Part shown: one piece after another, positions 25,715-38,342 of the stretch
How the letters are laid out: each line of letters starts with the position of its first letter
Numbering within the stretch: the first letter of the stretch is position 1
Assembly: GCF_044704955.1 (NCBI RefSeq)
Contig: NC_091995.1
Span: 14,012,001-14,076,000 of the forward strand
Source of the DNA: Pristiophorus japonicus
Taxonomy: Eukaryota
Reading direction: 5' to 3'
Length of the DNA stretch: 64,000 nt
The notes under the pieces: generated by a model
Told to the model about the DNA's origin: nothing
The model's database searches: none
Seen by the model: only the letters and a program-made list of their open reading frames with translations
Program-made: the position numbers and the translations under genes

Positions 25715-26100
25715 TGCTCCTGTAAAGTGCCTTGGAGTGTTTCACAATGTTAAAACTGCTGTATAAATAGAAATTGTTGTTTCGTAAACACCTTAAGTTA
25801 ATATGCAGGATATGTCTTTCTTTCTTGTGAAATTGGAAGTGTTTGAGCCAAAGTAGGCCAACAAGGGCAGGGGTGATTTGTGGGCGGGACTTTGTGCAGG
25901 ATAGGATATGGGCAGCAGAGTCTTGGACGAACTGAAGTTTACCGACAATGAAGGATGGGAGGCTGCCCAGCAGAGCATTGAAACAGTCATGTCTAAGGGT
26001 GACAAAGGAACGGGTGAGAGGTTTTGGCAGCAAATGGTCTGAGGCAGGGGTGGAGGCAGGTGATGTTACCGAGTTGGAAGTAAATGATATTCATGATGGA
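25715..26100 (-). mobile_element. L2 LINE fragment
   Basis: KLQFVQDSAAHILSCTKSRPQITPALVGLLWL motif. Confidence 0.7.
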
Positions 26101-26277
26101 GAGGAAGGAAAGAAAACCAGGGGATAGATTTTCACCTCAGCGCCCAAGTGTAAAATGGGTGTTGTGAATCGGCGCCCGTTAAAGAAACCGCCTGATTTTA
26201 ATGTAATGAAAATCAGATAGTTTCTATAACAGGCAGTCTCGCCAGTTTCAATCCCCAGACCGAGCCTTATAAAATGA

Positions 26278-27170
26278 TAGAATCATAGAATGGTTAGTGC
26301 GGAAGAAGGGTATTCGGCCCGTCGTGCCCATGCCTACTCTCAGCTATTCTCCCTCCTCCACCCTTTCCCCGTAGCCCTGCAAATATTTTCCCATCAGATA
26401 TTCATCCTGTTCCCTTTTGAAAGGTAAAATTGAGTCTACCTCCACCGCCCTTTCAGGCAGTGTTTTCCAGATCCTGATCACTCGCTGCATAAAAACGTTT
26501 TGTCTTACGTCACCTTTGGTTCTTCTGCCAATCACCTTAAATCTGTGTCCTCTGGTTCTCGACCCTTCTGCCAAAAGGAACAGTTTCTCTCTATCCATCC
26601 TGTCCAGACCCATCATGATTTTGAACACCTCTATCAAATCTCCTCTTAACCTTCTCTGCTCCAGGGAGAACAACCCCAGCTTCTCCAGTCTATCAACACA
26701 ACTGAAGTCCCTCATTCCTGGAATCATTCTCATAAATCTTTTCTGCACCCTCTCTAAGGCCTTCACATCCTTCCTAAAGTGCGGTGCCCAGAATTGGATA
26801 CAATACTCCAGGTGGGCCGAACCAATGTTTTATACAGGTTCATCATAACTTCCACACTTTCATACTCTTTACCTCTATTTGTGAAGCCCAGGATCCCGTA
26901 CGCTTTTTTAACTGCTTTCTCAAACTGCCCTGCCACCTTCAACGATTTATGCACTCCTTTTAAGACTGTGCCATTTAGTTTATATGTCCTCTCCTCATTC
27001 TTTCAACCAAAATGTATCACTTCACACTTTTCTGCGTTAAATTCCATCTGCCACGTGTCCGCCATTTCACCAGCCTGTCTGTGACTTCCTGAAGTCAACC
27101 ACACTCCTCCTCACTGTTTACTTTACTTCCGCGTTTTGTGTAATCTGCAAATTTTGAAATTGTGACATTT
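26278..27170 (-). mobile_element. CR1 LINE fragment
   Basis: ORFs 26344-26766 and 26763-26954. Confidence 0.85.
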
Positions 27171-27374
27171 ATGAACTGACAAAGCAGGTTCCCTCCTCGT
27201 TAGAAGTTTCTTCCAAGTACGTGGCGAATCACAAATTTTTTTTTACTGTTACGAAAGTCTTTTACATTAATACACAGTATAATTATGCCTTTTCTTTTAA
27301 ATTGGAGGTGTTGGGAAATCAGGGGCCAAAGTACTTCAGCAAGGGCGGGGGTGATTTTTGAGAGGGACCTTGTT

Positions 27375-27790
27375 TCAACTGTGGCTCAGTGGGAGCACAC
27401 TCGCCTGAGTCAGAAGTTTGTGGGTTCAAGTCCACATTCCAGGGGCTTGAGCACAAAAATCTAGGCTGACACTTCAGTGCAGTGCTGAGGGAGTGCTGCA
27501 CTGTTGGAGGTGCCGTTTTTCAAATGAGATGTTAAACCAAGGCTCCGTCTGCTCTTTCAGGTGGTTGCAAAAGATCAGGGATGTTATCCCCAATGTCCTG
27601 GCCAATATTTAGCCTTCAATCAACATAACAAATACAGATTATCTGGTCATTATCATATGCTGTGTGCAAATTGGCTGCCACGTTTCCCACATTACAACAG
27701 TGGCTACACTTCAAAAGTAGTTAATTGTCTGCAAAGTGCTTTGGGACGTCCTGAGGTCATGAAAGGTGGAATATAAATGTGTCATTCTTT
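27375..27790 (+). mobile_element. Deu-domain tRNA-SINE
   Basis: tRNA-like head, Deu core and tail. Confidence 0.75.
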
Positions 27791-27939
27791 AATTAATCAC
27801 ATTTTTTTAAACCTGTCACAAACAAGGTTTTTTTTTTAGGCTTGTTAAACCGAGCATTCAACTATTCCATCCACGGAAATCAAGACTGCTGTGCTTCTTC
27901 AGCCTGGGGAGAACCGGATAAACAGGCCAGATTTCCTTC

Positions 27940-29010
27940 CTGACACCGAGCCGTATAATTAGAAATTAGCACAGGTAACCAAAAGCTTGGTCAAAGAGAT
28001 AGGTTTTAAGGAGTGAGTCAAAGGAGGAAAGAGAGGCAGAGAGGCAGAGAGGTTTAGGCAGGGAGTTCCAGAGCTTGGGGCCTAAGCAACAGAAGGCACG
28101 GCCACCAATCGTTGAGCGATTTATAATCAGGAAGGCTCAAGAGGGCAGAATTAGAGGAGCATAGACATCTCAGGGGGTTGTGGGGCTGGAGAAAATTACA
28201 GAGATAAGGAGGGGTGAGGCCAAGGAGGGATTTGAAAATAAGGATAAGAATTTTGAAATAGAGACGTTGCTTAACCGGGAGCCAATTTAGGTCAGCGAGC
28301 ACGGGGGTGATGGGTGATCGGGACCTGGTGCACGTTAGGACACGGGTAGCCGAGTTTTGGATCACCTCTAGTTTACGTAGGGTAGAATGTGGGAGACCAG
28401 CCAGGAGTGTGTTGGAATAGTCGAGTCTAGAGGTAACAAAGGCATGGATGAGGGTTTCAGTAGCGGATGAGCTCAGGCAAGGGGCGGAGACAGGCGATGT
28501 TACGGAGGTGGAAATAGGCGGTCTTGGTTATGCCGCAGATATGTGGTCAAAAGCTCATTTCAGGGTCAAATATCACACCCAGGTTGTGAACAGTCTGGTT
28601 CAGCCTCAGGCAAAAATTGGAGAGAGGGATGGAGTCAGTGGCTAAGGAACGGAGTTTGTGGCAGGGACCAAAAACAATGGCTTCGGTCTTCCCAATATTC
28701 AATTGGAGAAAATTTCTGCGCATCCAGGACTGGGAAGTTCAGAGCAAGGAAGTTATGCTGAACAACAACAACAACAACAACTTGTATTTATATAGCGCCT
28801 TTAACATAGTGAAACGTCCCAAGGCGCTTCACAGGAGTATTGAGACAAAAGATTTGACACCAAGTCACATAGGGCAGTTGATCAAAAGCTTGGTGAAAGA
28901 GGTAGGTTTTAAGAAGCATCTTGAAGGAGGAAATGGAGGTAGAAAGGCGGTGAGGTTTAGACAGGGAATACCAGAGCTTAGGGCCTAGGCAACAGAAGTT
29001 ACAGCCACCA
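27940..29010 (-). mobile_element. L2 LINE fragments (two)
   Basis: IQNSATRVLTCTRSRSPITPVLADLNWLPVKQR; a second 3' end with a (TTG)n tail at about 28760. Confidence 0.8.
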
Positions 29011-29014
29011 ATAG

Positions 29015-29598
29015 TTTATAAAGCTCTGGTTAGGCCACAACTGGTGTATTGCATCTAGTTCTGATAACCATACTTTAGGAAGGATGTGAAGGTCCTTGAG
29101 AGGGTGCAGAGGAGATTTGCCAGAATGGTTCCAGGGCTGAGGGATTTTAGCTACAATGTTGGGTTGGAGAAGCTGGGGTTGTTCTTCTTGGAGTAAAGGA
29201 GGTTGAGAGATTTTATAGTGGTGCACAAGATTATAACGGGTTTAGGTAAGGTAGACATTGAAAAGCTGTTCCCATTAGTTGATGGTACAATGACTAGGGG
29301 GCGCAGATTTAAGATTTTGGGCAAGAGATACAGGGGGAATGATGCAGGGGGGATGTGAGGAAGAACATTTTACGCAGCGAATGGTAATGACCTGGAACTC
29401 GCTGCCTAGGAGGATGTGGAAGCGGAGACGATCAATGATTTCAAAAGGCAATTGGATAGACACTTGAGGGAAATAAACTTGCAAGGCTACGGGGATAGAG
29501 CGGGGGAATGGGACTGACTGGTTTGCTCTACAGAGAGCCGGCATGGACTCGATGGACCGAATGGCCTCCTTCTGTGCCATAATGACTCTATGACTCTG
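29015..29598 (+). mobile_element. CR1 LINE 3' fragment
   Basis: CR1 RT C-terminal similarity and an ACTCTATG tail. Confidence 0.75.
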
Positions 29599-29754
29599 TA
29601 AACATCGGCATGGAGCAGTTGGGCTGAATGGTCTGTTTCGGTGCTGTAAGTTCCATAGTGATAATGTAACCAGGTTTCAGTCCCCAAGTCTTGTGTTAGT
29701 ATGACCTTGGTATTAACAAGAACAACTTGTAATTATATAGCGCCTTTAACAAGG

Positions 29755-30567
29755 TGCTTCACAGGGGTATTATGAGACAAAAAAATTTACACCGAGCCAC
29801 ATAAGGAGAAATTAGGGCAGGTAACTAAAAGCTTGGTCAAAGAGATAGGTTTTAAGGCGCGTCAAGGAGGAAAGAGAGGCGGAGAGGTTTAGGGAGGGAA
29901 TTCCATAGCTTGAGGCCTAGGCAACAGAAGGCACGGCCACCAATGGTTGAATGATTACAATCACGGGTGCTCAAGAGGGCAGAATTGGAGGAGTGTAGGC
30001 ATCTCGGGGTGGTGGGGGCTGGGGTTGTGGGGCTGAAGGAGATTACAGAGATAGGGGCGAGGCCATAGAAAGACTTGCATCACTACTACATTCATAAGAA
30101 GGAAAACGCTTATTATGGGATGTCTAGTTTGGCTATCCATTCGATGAGACGCCGAGAGGAGAGATGAGGTACCTCCCACAGCAGATCTTAGTGGGCAGGC
30201 CGATGTGACGTATCCATGGTCTGGGACTCATAAGCTTTTTCCTTCTTATGAAGTATTTCTATGGCCTCGTCCCATCTCTGTAATCTCTTCCAGCCCCACA
30301 ACCGCCCCCCCCCCCCGAGATGTCTACACTCCTCCAATTCTGCCCTCTTGAGTACCCGTGATTATAATCGCTCAACCATCAGTGGCCGTGCCTTCTGTTG
30401 CCTAGGCCCCAAGCTCTGGAATTCCCTGTCTAAATCTCTCCGCCTCTCTTTCCTCTTTGACGCTCCTTAAAACCTATCTCTTTGACCAAGCTTTTAGTCA
30501 CCTGCCCTAATTTCTCCTTATGTGGCTCGGTGTCAATTTCTTTGTCTCATAATACTCTTGTGGAGCA
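29755..30567. repeat. Large imperfect inverted repeat built from L2 3' ends
   Basis: Arms about 29755-30113 and 30230-30567 are reverse complements around a spacer of about 115 bp. Confidence 0.8.
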
Positions 30568-31374
30568 GTTGGCCACTTCGCCCGTGCCCTGTGGCACTGC
30601 CCACTCTCTTTGTGGCAGGTCGAAGCCAGGGGACCTCTGCTGTTGGGTTAGTGGTGAGGCGTTGGTTCCTTACGTCGCATGCGTGCCCCGATTCCATCCA
30701 TCTGGATAGTGGGTTGTCACCAGCTGTGTCAATATCGGCTGCTGTTTCCCAGAGTGGCCGGCGCCAACTTTAAGTGCTTTCGTGATGGGTTTTTCCAGGC
30801 GTTCGTGAATGGGAAGGTCAATATTGCTCATTAATGTTTTTCACCTCACGGAGCACGATGGTGTTGTGGTGAATAGCAGGAGGGGGTGGGGGGTAGCAAA
30901 GTGGGGCAGCAGCGGGAGCCACTCAGTTAGAGTGGACTTCAGCATCACTGACATTGTCCTCAGCCCCTTTCAGGACTTCAGGACGTCCCAAAGCACTTCA
31001 CAGCTAATGAAGTACTTTTGAAGTGCAGTCACTGTTGTAATGTAGGAAACACAAACAAATTGGATAATTTTCACACGGCTGCATATAGTGACACTTCAAG
31101 TGCTGGGCACAATGGAGATGACTTGGTAATACCCCCGCCAAACATGCCTGCCGACCACATGGCTATAAGTGACTGGGAGTAATTTTGCACACATCATTTC
31201 TATTATGTAACTATCCTACTCACTACATTTTGCTTGAGAAATAAACTTGCTATTATCGGGAGACTTTGCTATAGCTTCGGTCATGAGTTCTTTTTGCTGT
31301 AGTTCATGGGGATTCTGTTCTTAAATAGATTCTGTTTGCTGTATGCTGAGTTAATGGACTTTTTAATCCCATTT

Positions 31375-31830
31375 TTATTTATTCATTCCTGGGATGTGGG
31401 CATCGCTGGCAATGCCAGAATTTACTGCCCATCCATAATTGCCCTTGAGAAGATGGGGGTGAGCAGCCTTCTTGAACCGCTGCAGTCCTTGTGGTGAAAG
31501 TTCTCCCACAAGTGCTGTTAGGGAGGGAGTTCCAGGATTGTGACCCAGCGACGATGAAGTGGCAGTGTTCACATGCTTCTGCTGCCCTTGTCCTTCTAGA
31601 TGCTAAAGATTGAGGGTTTGGGACAAGCTGCCGAAAAAGCCTTGGCGAGTTGCTGCAATGCATCTTGTAGATGGTACACACTGCAGACACGGTCCGCTGA
31701 TGACGGAGAGAGTGAATGTTTAAGGTGGTGGATGGGGTGCCGATCAAGTGGGCTGCTTTGTCCTGGATGGTGTCAAGCTTCTTGAGTGTTGTTGGAGCTG
31801 CACTCATCCAGGCAAGTGGAGAGTATTGTG
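31375..31830 (-). mobile_element. LINE 3' fragment (CR1/L2-related family); further copies at about 15165-15460 (-) and 33885-34380 (+)
   Basis: MSAAPTTLKKLDTIQDKAA(H/R)LIGTPST...VCTIYKMHCSN is repeated in the window. Confidence 0.7.
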
Positions 31831-32189
31831 ATGAGTTTTAAAATATGGGATGTGGGTGTCGCTGGCAAGGCCAAATTTTATTGGCCAACTCTATTTGTCC
31901 TTGAGAAGGTGGTCATGACCCGCCTTCTTAAACTGCTGCAGTCTGTGAGGTGATGGTAATCCCGTTGAATGTCAGAGGGAGGTAGCTAGACTCTCTCTTG
32001 TTGGAGATAGTCATTGCCTGGCACTTGTGTGACACGAATATTACTTGCTACTTATCAAGTTTGAATATTTTCCAGGTCGTGCTGCAGGGATTGCTTCATT
32101 ATCTGAAGAACAATCTGTGTAAGGCAAGCCCGAATTGAAAGTTTAGTTTGCATGGTTGCACCCGCCTCGGGAGAGAGGGATTGAAGGTT

Positions 32190-32995
32190 CCATTATTTGA
32201 AGGGGCTGCTCCTCAAATTCTGGTTGCACTTCAGTCCCACACTCCTGATCTTTGGGCACCCTGTGCGGAGGGGAGCAGGCAGGTCGGAAGGCCTCCTGGT
32301 AGGACTGCTCCTGGGCTTCGCCAAGGGGGCCATCAGCCGGTCCAGGCAGCGGGCGGTCGAGGGGGTCGTTCAGCCCGACTGCCTGCCTCTCTTCCGTGGC
32401 TACATCCGAGCCAGGGTGTCCCTAGAGATGGAGTACGCGGTGTTCACCGGTGCGCTCGCTGCCTTCCGCGAGAGGTGGTTGCCGGAGGGACTGGAGTGCA
32501 TCATCATAAGGATAAGGGGTAAGCCATTTAGGACCGAGATGAGGAGAACATTCTTCACCCAGAGAGTGGTGAACCTGTGGAATTCTCTACCACAGAAAGT
32601 TGTTGAGGCCAATTCACTAAATATATTTAAAAAGGAGTTAGATGCAGTCCTTACTACTCGGGGGATCAAGGGGTATGGCGAGAAAGCAGGAATGGGATAC
32701 TGAGGTTGCATGTTCAGCCATGAACTCATTGAATGGCGGTGCAGGCTCGAAGGGCCGAATGGCCTACTCCTGCACATACTTTCTATGTTTCTATCATCTC
32801 GGCAACCAAATTTTAAATTGATTTTAATGTCTAAAGTTTTCGGTTTTAGTGCCCCCTCCCCTTTAGCCAGGGGGCAATTGTATAATTTCTGTTTTTAGTG
32901 CCCTAAACCCACCGCCTCCCCCAGAAAAAAGGGCACTGGAAAAATAAATATTTTGGAACATGTCCCCTTTGCACAATTAAAGTGCACAACTTAAA
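32190..32995 (+). mobile_element. Tx1 (L1-clade) 3' fragment interrupted by a CR1 3' end (about 32506-32792)
   Basis: KGLLLKFWLHFSPTLLIFGHPV matches the Tx1 copies at 56-59 kb; TTGAAGGTT occurs on both flanks. Confidence 0.8.
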
Positions 32996-33169
32996 TAGTT
33001 GAAGGTTTGAAGAATGCAAACGATCGGGTGCACCCATCTGGGGAGAAGGAGGGGTTGAAAGTTTGAAGAATGCAACCAAATTGGATGCATCCGCCAAGGG
33101 AGGGGTTGAAAGTTTGAAAAATGCAGCCAAATTGGATGCTCTTCACACACACTCACACAGACACAGAGA

Positions 33170-33510
33170 CAGATGCGGCAGCTGGGAGCACGCAGCGCTC
33201 AGCCAGCCGCCGGCCGGGTCCCCGGGGGAAGGAGTTAAACCTCTGGACTGTCCGCCATGAGGTGAAAAAGGCGCGGCCGCCGCTCGGCAGCTGAGCTCGG
33301 TGCAGGGAGCGGCCGGAGGGCGCTGACCGGCGGCGAGCCAGCGTGTTCGGGGGGAGGGAGGGCAAAGGCCGGCCCGAGGCCGCAACGCGAGGAAGAGGTG
33401 GAGGGCGGCCCGGGGGGAGGAGCCGCCGCCAGCGCCGGGGAGCCCAGGAGCTGCCCGGACAAGGCGGCCAGAAACCCAGGAGCAAAATTACACGCGTGGA
33501 CCGTAAATAA
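33170..33510 (+). pseudogene. Decayed GC-rich basic ORF upstream of an orphan histone stem-loop (H1-like or protamine-like remnant)
   Basis: Kozak-like CCGCCATG at 33257 reads M-R-stop-KRRGRRS...; another frame is Arg/Gly-rich and stops at 33508-33510; no intact histone domain. Confidence 0.45.
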
Positions 33511-33526
33511 GGCTCTTTCCAGAGCC
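33511..33526 (+). terminator. Orphan histone-type 3' stem-loop
   Basis: GGCTCTTTCCAGAGCC (6-bp stem, 4-nt loop) with AGAAAGAG 13 nt downstream. Confidence 0.8.
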
Positions 33527-34814
33527 AGCACGCCTTTACAGAAAGAGAGAGTGCTCCAGAATTACACAATAAACATATATATATATTTATTATAATGCTG
33601 TGTTTCTGTTCAAACTTTCTCGAATGACATTTTGAAGATAAAACCTGAGAATCTTGACAGCAGCGAATGAGCTCGGCGGTTGTCTTCCAGCCCCAATGAA
33701 CCTCTGAAACCGACTCCAGTCCTCACCAAATATCTTACAGACTGGAATAAGTTAGAGAACAATTAGTAACACAAAATTATTGGACTGGTCTGCGGTTAAC
33801 AGTTGGACGTTTGTTGGTGTCTGTGCGCCACATGAGTATCCGTGTCTCCCGACTTTTAACTCACCCTGCCAGAGGATTATGCGGTGAGTGTCTCACCTCC
33901 TGACTCCCCAAAGCCTTTCCACCATCTACAAGGCATAAGTCAGGAGTGTGATGGAACACTCTCCACTTGCCTGGATGAGTGCAGCTCCAACAACACTCAA
34001 GAAGCTCGACACCATCCAGGACAAAGCAGCCCGCTTGATTGGCACCCCATCCACCGCCTTCAACATTCACTCCCTCCACCATCAGCACACTGTGGCTGCA
34101 GTGTGTACCATCTACAAGATGCACTGCAGCAACACGCCACGGCTTCTTCGGGCTTCTTCTAGTTCCCCTCCAAGTTACACACCATCCTGACTTGGAAATA
34201 TATCACCGCACCTTCATCTTCACTGGGTTAAAATCCTGGAACTCCCTCCCGAACAGCATTGTAGAAGTACCTTCACCACACAGACTGCAGCGGCTCAAGA
34301 AGGAGGCTCACCATTTCCTTCTCCAGGGCAATTAGGAATGGGCAATACATGCCTGCCTTGCCAGCGACTCCCACATCCAGATAATGTTTTAAAAGACCAA
34401 ATAAAGTGCCTTAGGTTCAACATTTGTGTAATATGCCTTAAGGGTTTTTAGTAAATAGCTAATCTTACAGTGGCCTTTCTGAGGCACAATAGATTAGTCC
34501 TAGATTCTTTTCTGAGACGACCTCGTTTATAGTTTCTGGGACCGTCTAATTTGTATATTACGGGAAGTTCCAGACTTTTTAATGGCTGGAATGAATGTAT
34601 TTTGCATGAGCCATTTGCTTATGACTTGTGGACATGTCACACGAGAGAATGGCATTTATATAGATTCGGGATTTTGCTCCAGCAAATTAAGGTTTTTCCA
34701 TTCCTTGCGTGACAGCCGCTCTTGGCCCAAAAAAAACTTGATACCTTTCTGTGATTTGTGCAAACTGAGCATGTGGTGTGTCAAGGATCAGTCAATTGGA
34801 ATCGAGCATTTGGT

Positions 34815-34846
34815 ATCCTTCATTAGCATAAAACTGTGTATATAAA
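34815..34846 (+). promoter_or_regulatory. H2B promoter: variant octamer box plus TATA
   Basis: CTTCATTAGCATA (octamer variant ATTAGCAT, 34822-34829) followed by TATATAAA (34839-34846). Confidence 0.7.
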
Positions 34847-34930
34847 GGAGAAGCTGAGTGCTGCCATCTGTATGTTGCTCCGTGATTGTGTGGACTAGCT
34901 CAACTTGCAGAAGGAATTGAAGGATTTGCG

Positions 34931-35341
34931 ATGCCGACTGTTGCTGCTGTTTCCACCAGTTCCACCGTCGCCAGTGCCAAAGGCGCCGTCTCCAAGAAGG
35001 GCTCGAAGAAAACCGCCATGAAAATGACCAGAAAAGGCGACAGGAAATACCGGAAGAGCAGGAAGGAGAGCTACAGCATCTATATCTACAAGGTGCTGAA
35101 GCAGGTCCACCCCGACACCGGCATTTCCTCCAAGGCAATGAGTGTCATCAACTCGTTCGTCAACGACATCTTCGAGCGCATCGCCTGCGAGGCTTCCCGC
35201 CTGATCCATTATACCAAACGGCAGACCATCTCCTCCCGGGAAATCCAGAGCGCCGTCCGCCTGCTGCTGCCGGGGGAGCTGGCCAAGCACGCCGTCTCCG
35301 AAGGGACCAAGGCGGTCACCAAATACACCAGCTCCAAATAG
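34931..35341 (+). CDS. H2B: Histone H2B variant 2 with extended N-terminal tail (136 aa)
   Basis: ATG 34931 ([27 protein letters not shown]...), intact histone fold and stem-loop. Confidence 0.95.
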   Translation: MPTVAAVSTSSTVASAKGAVSKKGSKKTAMKMTRKGDRKYRKSRKESYSIYIYKVLKQVHPDTGISSKAMSVINSFVNDIFERIACEASRLIHYTKRQTISSREIQSAVRLLLPGELAKHAVSEGTKAVTKYTSSK

Positions 35342-35382
35342 AGCCCTCCCCCACAGAAAAACCTGCGATTGAATCGCCAAAA

Positions 35383-35398
35383 GGCTCTTTTAAGAGCC
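35383..35398 (+). terminator. Histone 3' stem-loop (H2B variant 2)
   Basis: CCAAAA-GGCTCTTTTAAGAGCC. Confidence 0.95.
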
Positions 35399-36162
35399 AT
35401 TTCACAAAGTCTAAGACGGGGCTATAAGTGAACAAAATAAAGGGACCTCTGAAGAAATGGCTGTATTTTAATGAACTGAATTGCCAATTTCCAAGTCCCG
35501 TCTGATCTATGCAAACTACACGTGGTGTGCTCCATTTATGAATGTGTTTTAATTCATTACTTTTGATTGTAAGATATATAAGAATACGAAATGACATTAA
35601 GAGATTGGGAAATTCACTAGGCTAGGGATGGGGAATAAGGGCTCAATAAACAGTTTCGCTCAATGAAATATTTTTTGAGAAGGAATGCGGCAGAAACCAA
35701 AGCGCTTAGCTCTGCCAATTGAATTTGCTCTTGATAATTGAAACTCAGGTGTACAGCGAAGATCAATATTGCTGGACCCATCAATATTGTGGGGGGGGGA
35801 AAGCGGGGAAAATAATGAGGTGAATCAAGGAATAATGTTAAGTGACGCTAAGTTTAGGGCCTGAAGACGTGTGTTTTTGTACATGGAGGGGGAGAACTTG
35901 AGGGAGGCAAGAGGTCATTGAGATCGTGATTTGGAGAAGGATATAAGACGGCCAATTTCCCCCAAATCAAGAGATCTGCACAATTTGCATTTATAAATGA
36001 CATTTAAGGTCGAAACACGTCCTAGGACGCTTCACCGAGGAAATAGGTGAAGAGACGCTCATGTCTTTAGGGAACGATGGGGGGTTTCAGAATAAATTTG
36101 AAAGTGGGGGGAGAATGCCTCTGGAAATGTATAATCGCTCGCAGGTGATACACGTTTTGGAA

Positions 36163-37483
36163 ATCATAGAATCATAGAAATTTACAGCACGGAAGTAGGC
36201 CACTTCAGCCCATCGTGTCCGTGCTGGCCGACAGTTATCCAGCCTAATCCCACTTTCCAGCTCTTGGTCCATAGCCCTGCAGATTACAGCACTTCAAGTG
36301 CACATCCAAGTACTTTTTAAATATGGTGAGGGTTCCTGTCTCTACCGCCTTTTCAGGCAGTGAGTTACAGACTCTCACTAGCCGCTGGGTGAAGACATGT
36401 CCCCTCAAATCGGTGACTTTTGTGTTTTTATTATTCATTTTTCAGAAGATTAGATGAGCCCACGATTATGAGAAAAGCCTTTATTGCAAGGGGGATGGAG
36501 TAAAAACGTAGGGAAGTCCTGCTACAACTGTACAGGGCATTGGTGAGACCACACCTTGAGTACTGCACACAGTTTTGGTCTACTTATTGAAACAGTTCAG
36601 AAAAGGTTCACGAGGTTGATTCCTGATATGAAGAAAGGTTGAACAGGTTGAGCCTATACCCATTGGATTTAGAAGACTGAGAACGGATCTTATTGACACG
36701 TATAACAATCTGAGGATGTTTGGCAGGGTACATGCAGAGAGGATGTTTCCACTCTTGGAGGAATACAAAACTAGGGGGCAGTTTCAGAATAAGGGGTCGC
36801 CTATGAGGAGAGACTGGACCGAGTGGGCCTGTATTCACTGGAGTTTAGAAGAATGATAGGGGATCTCATAGAAATATATAAAATTCTGACGGGATTGGAC
36901 AGGTTAGATGCAGGAAGAATGTTCCCGATGTTGGAGAAGTCCAGAACCAGGGGTCACAAACTAAGGATAAAAGAGGTAAGCTATTTAGGACCAAGATGAG
37001 GAGAAACTTCTTCACTCAGAGAGTTGTTAACCTCTGGAATTCTCTACCGCAGAGAGTTGTTGATGCCAGTTCGTTAGATATATTCAAGAGGGAGTTAGAT
37101 ATGTCCCTTACGGCTAAAGGGATCAAGGGGTATGGAGAGAAAGCAGGAATGCGGTACTGAAGTGAACGATCAGCCATGATCAGCCATGGCCTACTCCTGC
37201 ACCTATTTTCTATGTTTCTATGTTTGTATTTGGAACTGAGATGAGGAGTTTTTTTTCTCTCAAAGGGTTGTAAATCTGTGGAATTTTCTGCCCCAGAAAG
37301 CTGTGGAAGCTGGGTCATTGGATATATTTAAGGCGGAGATAGACAGATTTTTAAACGATACAGGGAGTCAAGGGTTGTGGGGAGCGGGTAGGGAAGTGTT
37401 GAGGCCAAGATCAGATCAGCCATGATCTTATTGTTCATGGCTGATGTGAACGGCCTACTCTTGCTCCTATTCCTTGTGTTCTT
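36163..37483. mobile_element. Mosaic of CR1 LINE 3' fragments
   Basis: CR1 RT C-terminal and 3' UTR sequence on both strands, ending about 150 bp upstream of the H1 ATG. Confidence 0.8.
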
Positions 37484-37631
37484 GTGAGCTGATAAGATGA
37501 GCTTCAGGTCCAGGGGACCTTTTGCACTGCAGCGTCCGGCTCAGCTGCTTAAATAGCGCCGACTGGTGGAAACTTTTCATTGCCCCAAACACACAGACAG
37601 CGAGAGAGAGAGAAGGTCCCAGCCCCCAGCC

Positions 37632-38285
37632 ATGGCCGACACTCTCCGTGACAGGAGCACCCGGAAGAAGAGGACCAGAGCCCCGTCGTCGGCCAGGAGA
37701 TCCGTGTCCCAGCGGATCCTGGAGGCGGTGGCGACCACCAGGGAGCGCCGGGGCTTGTCGCTGGCGGCTCTCAAGAAGGTGCTGTCGGCCGGCGGCTACG
37801 ACGCGGAGAGAAACAACTGGCGGGTCAACAAGGCGGTCCGCAGCATGGTCACCAAAGGCTCGCTGCTGCAGGCCACCGGCACCGGCGCCTCGGGCTCCTT
37901 CAGGCTCGGCAAGATGCAGGGCGACCAGCCCCACCCGGCGGCGGGGGAGCAGCAGCAGAGGGAGGAGAAGCCCAATAGGGTTGCCGCCGCCCGGGAGAGG
38001 GGGAAGAGGAAGAGGCAACGCGCGGCTCGCCAGCCCGCCAGGAAGGCGGCGCCCAGGGGCAGAGGCTCACCCAGGAAGATCAAGAAAGGCGCCGCCGCCA
38101 GGAAGGGGGCGAGGAGGGTCGCCGCCCGCAAGCCCAGGGGGAAATCCGGGCTGGGGGCGAAAGGCAAGCGCCAGCGTACAAGGCCGAGAAAGTTGGCCAA
38201 GCGCCCGGAGTTGGAAGCCGACCAACCCCCCGGGGCTCAGGAGATCTCCCACTCGGAGAAAGAAAGCCAGGTTTGCTTGGAGTAA
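37632..38285 (+). CDS. H1: Linker histone H1-like A, Arg-rich with acidic C-terminus (217 aa)
   Basis: GCCATGG start; winged helix (SVSQRILEAV...ERRGLSLAALKKVLSAGGYD...VTKGSLLQATGTGASGSFRL); stem-loop; upstream CAGGTCC (37505) and TTAAATA. Confidence 0.92.
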   Translation: MADTLRDRSTRKKRTRAPSSARRSVSQRILEAVATTRERRGLSLAALKKVLSAGGYDAERNNWRVNKAVRSMVTKGSLLQATGTGASGSFRLGKMQGDQPHPAAGEQQQREEKPNRVAAARERGKRKRQRAARQPARKAAPRGRGSPRKIKKGAAARKGARRVAARKPRGKSGLGAKGKRQRTRPRKLAKRPELEADQPPGAQEISHSEKESQVCLE

Positions 38286-38342
38286 GAGGACAGCTCCTGA
38301 GCGAAGGCGAATCAAGATTGTGAACACTTTAAAATATCCAAC

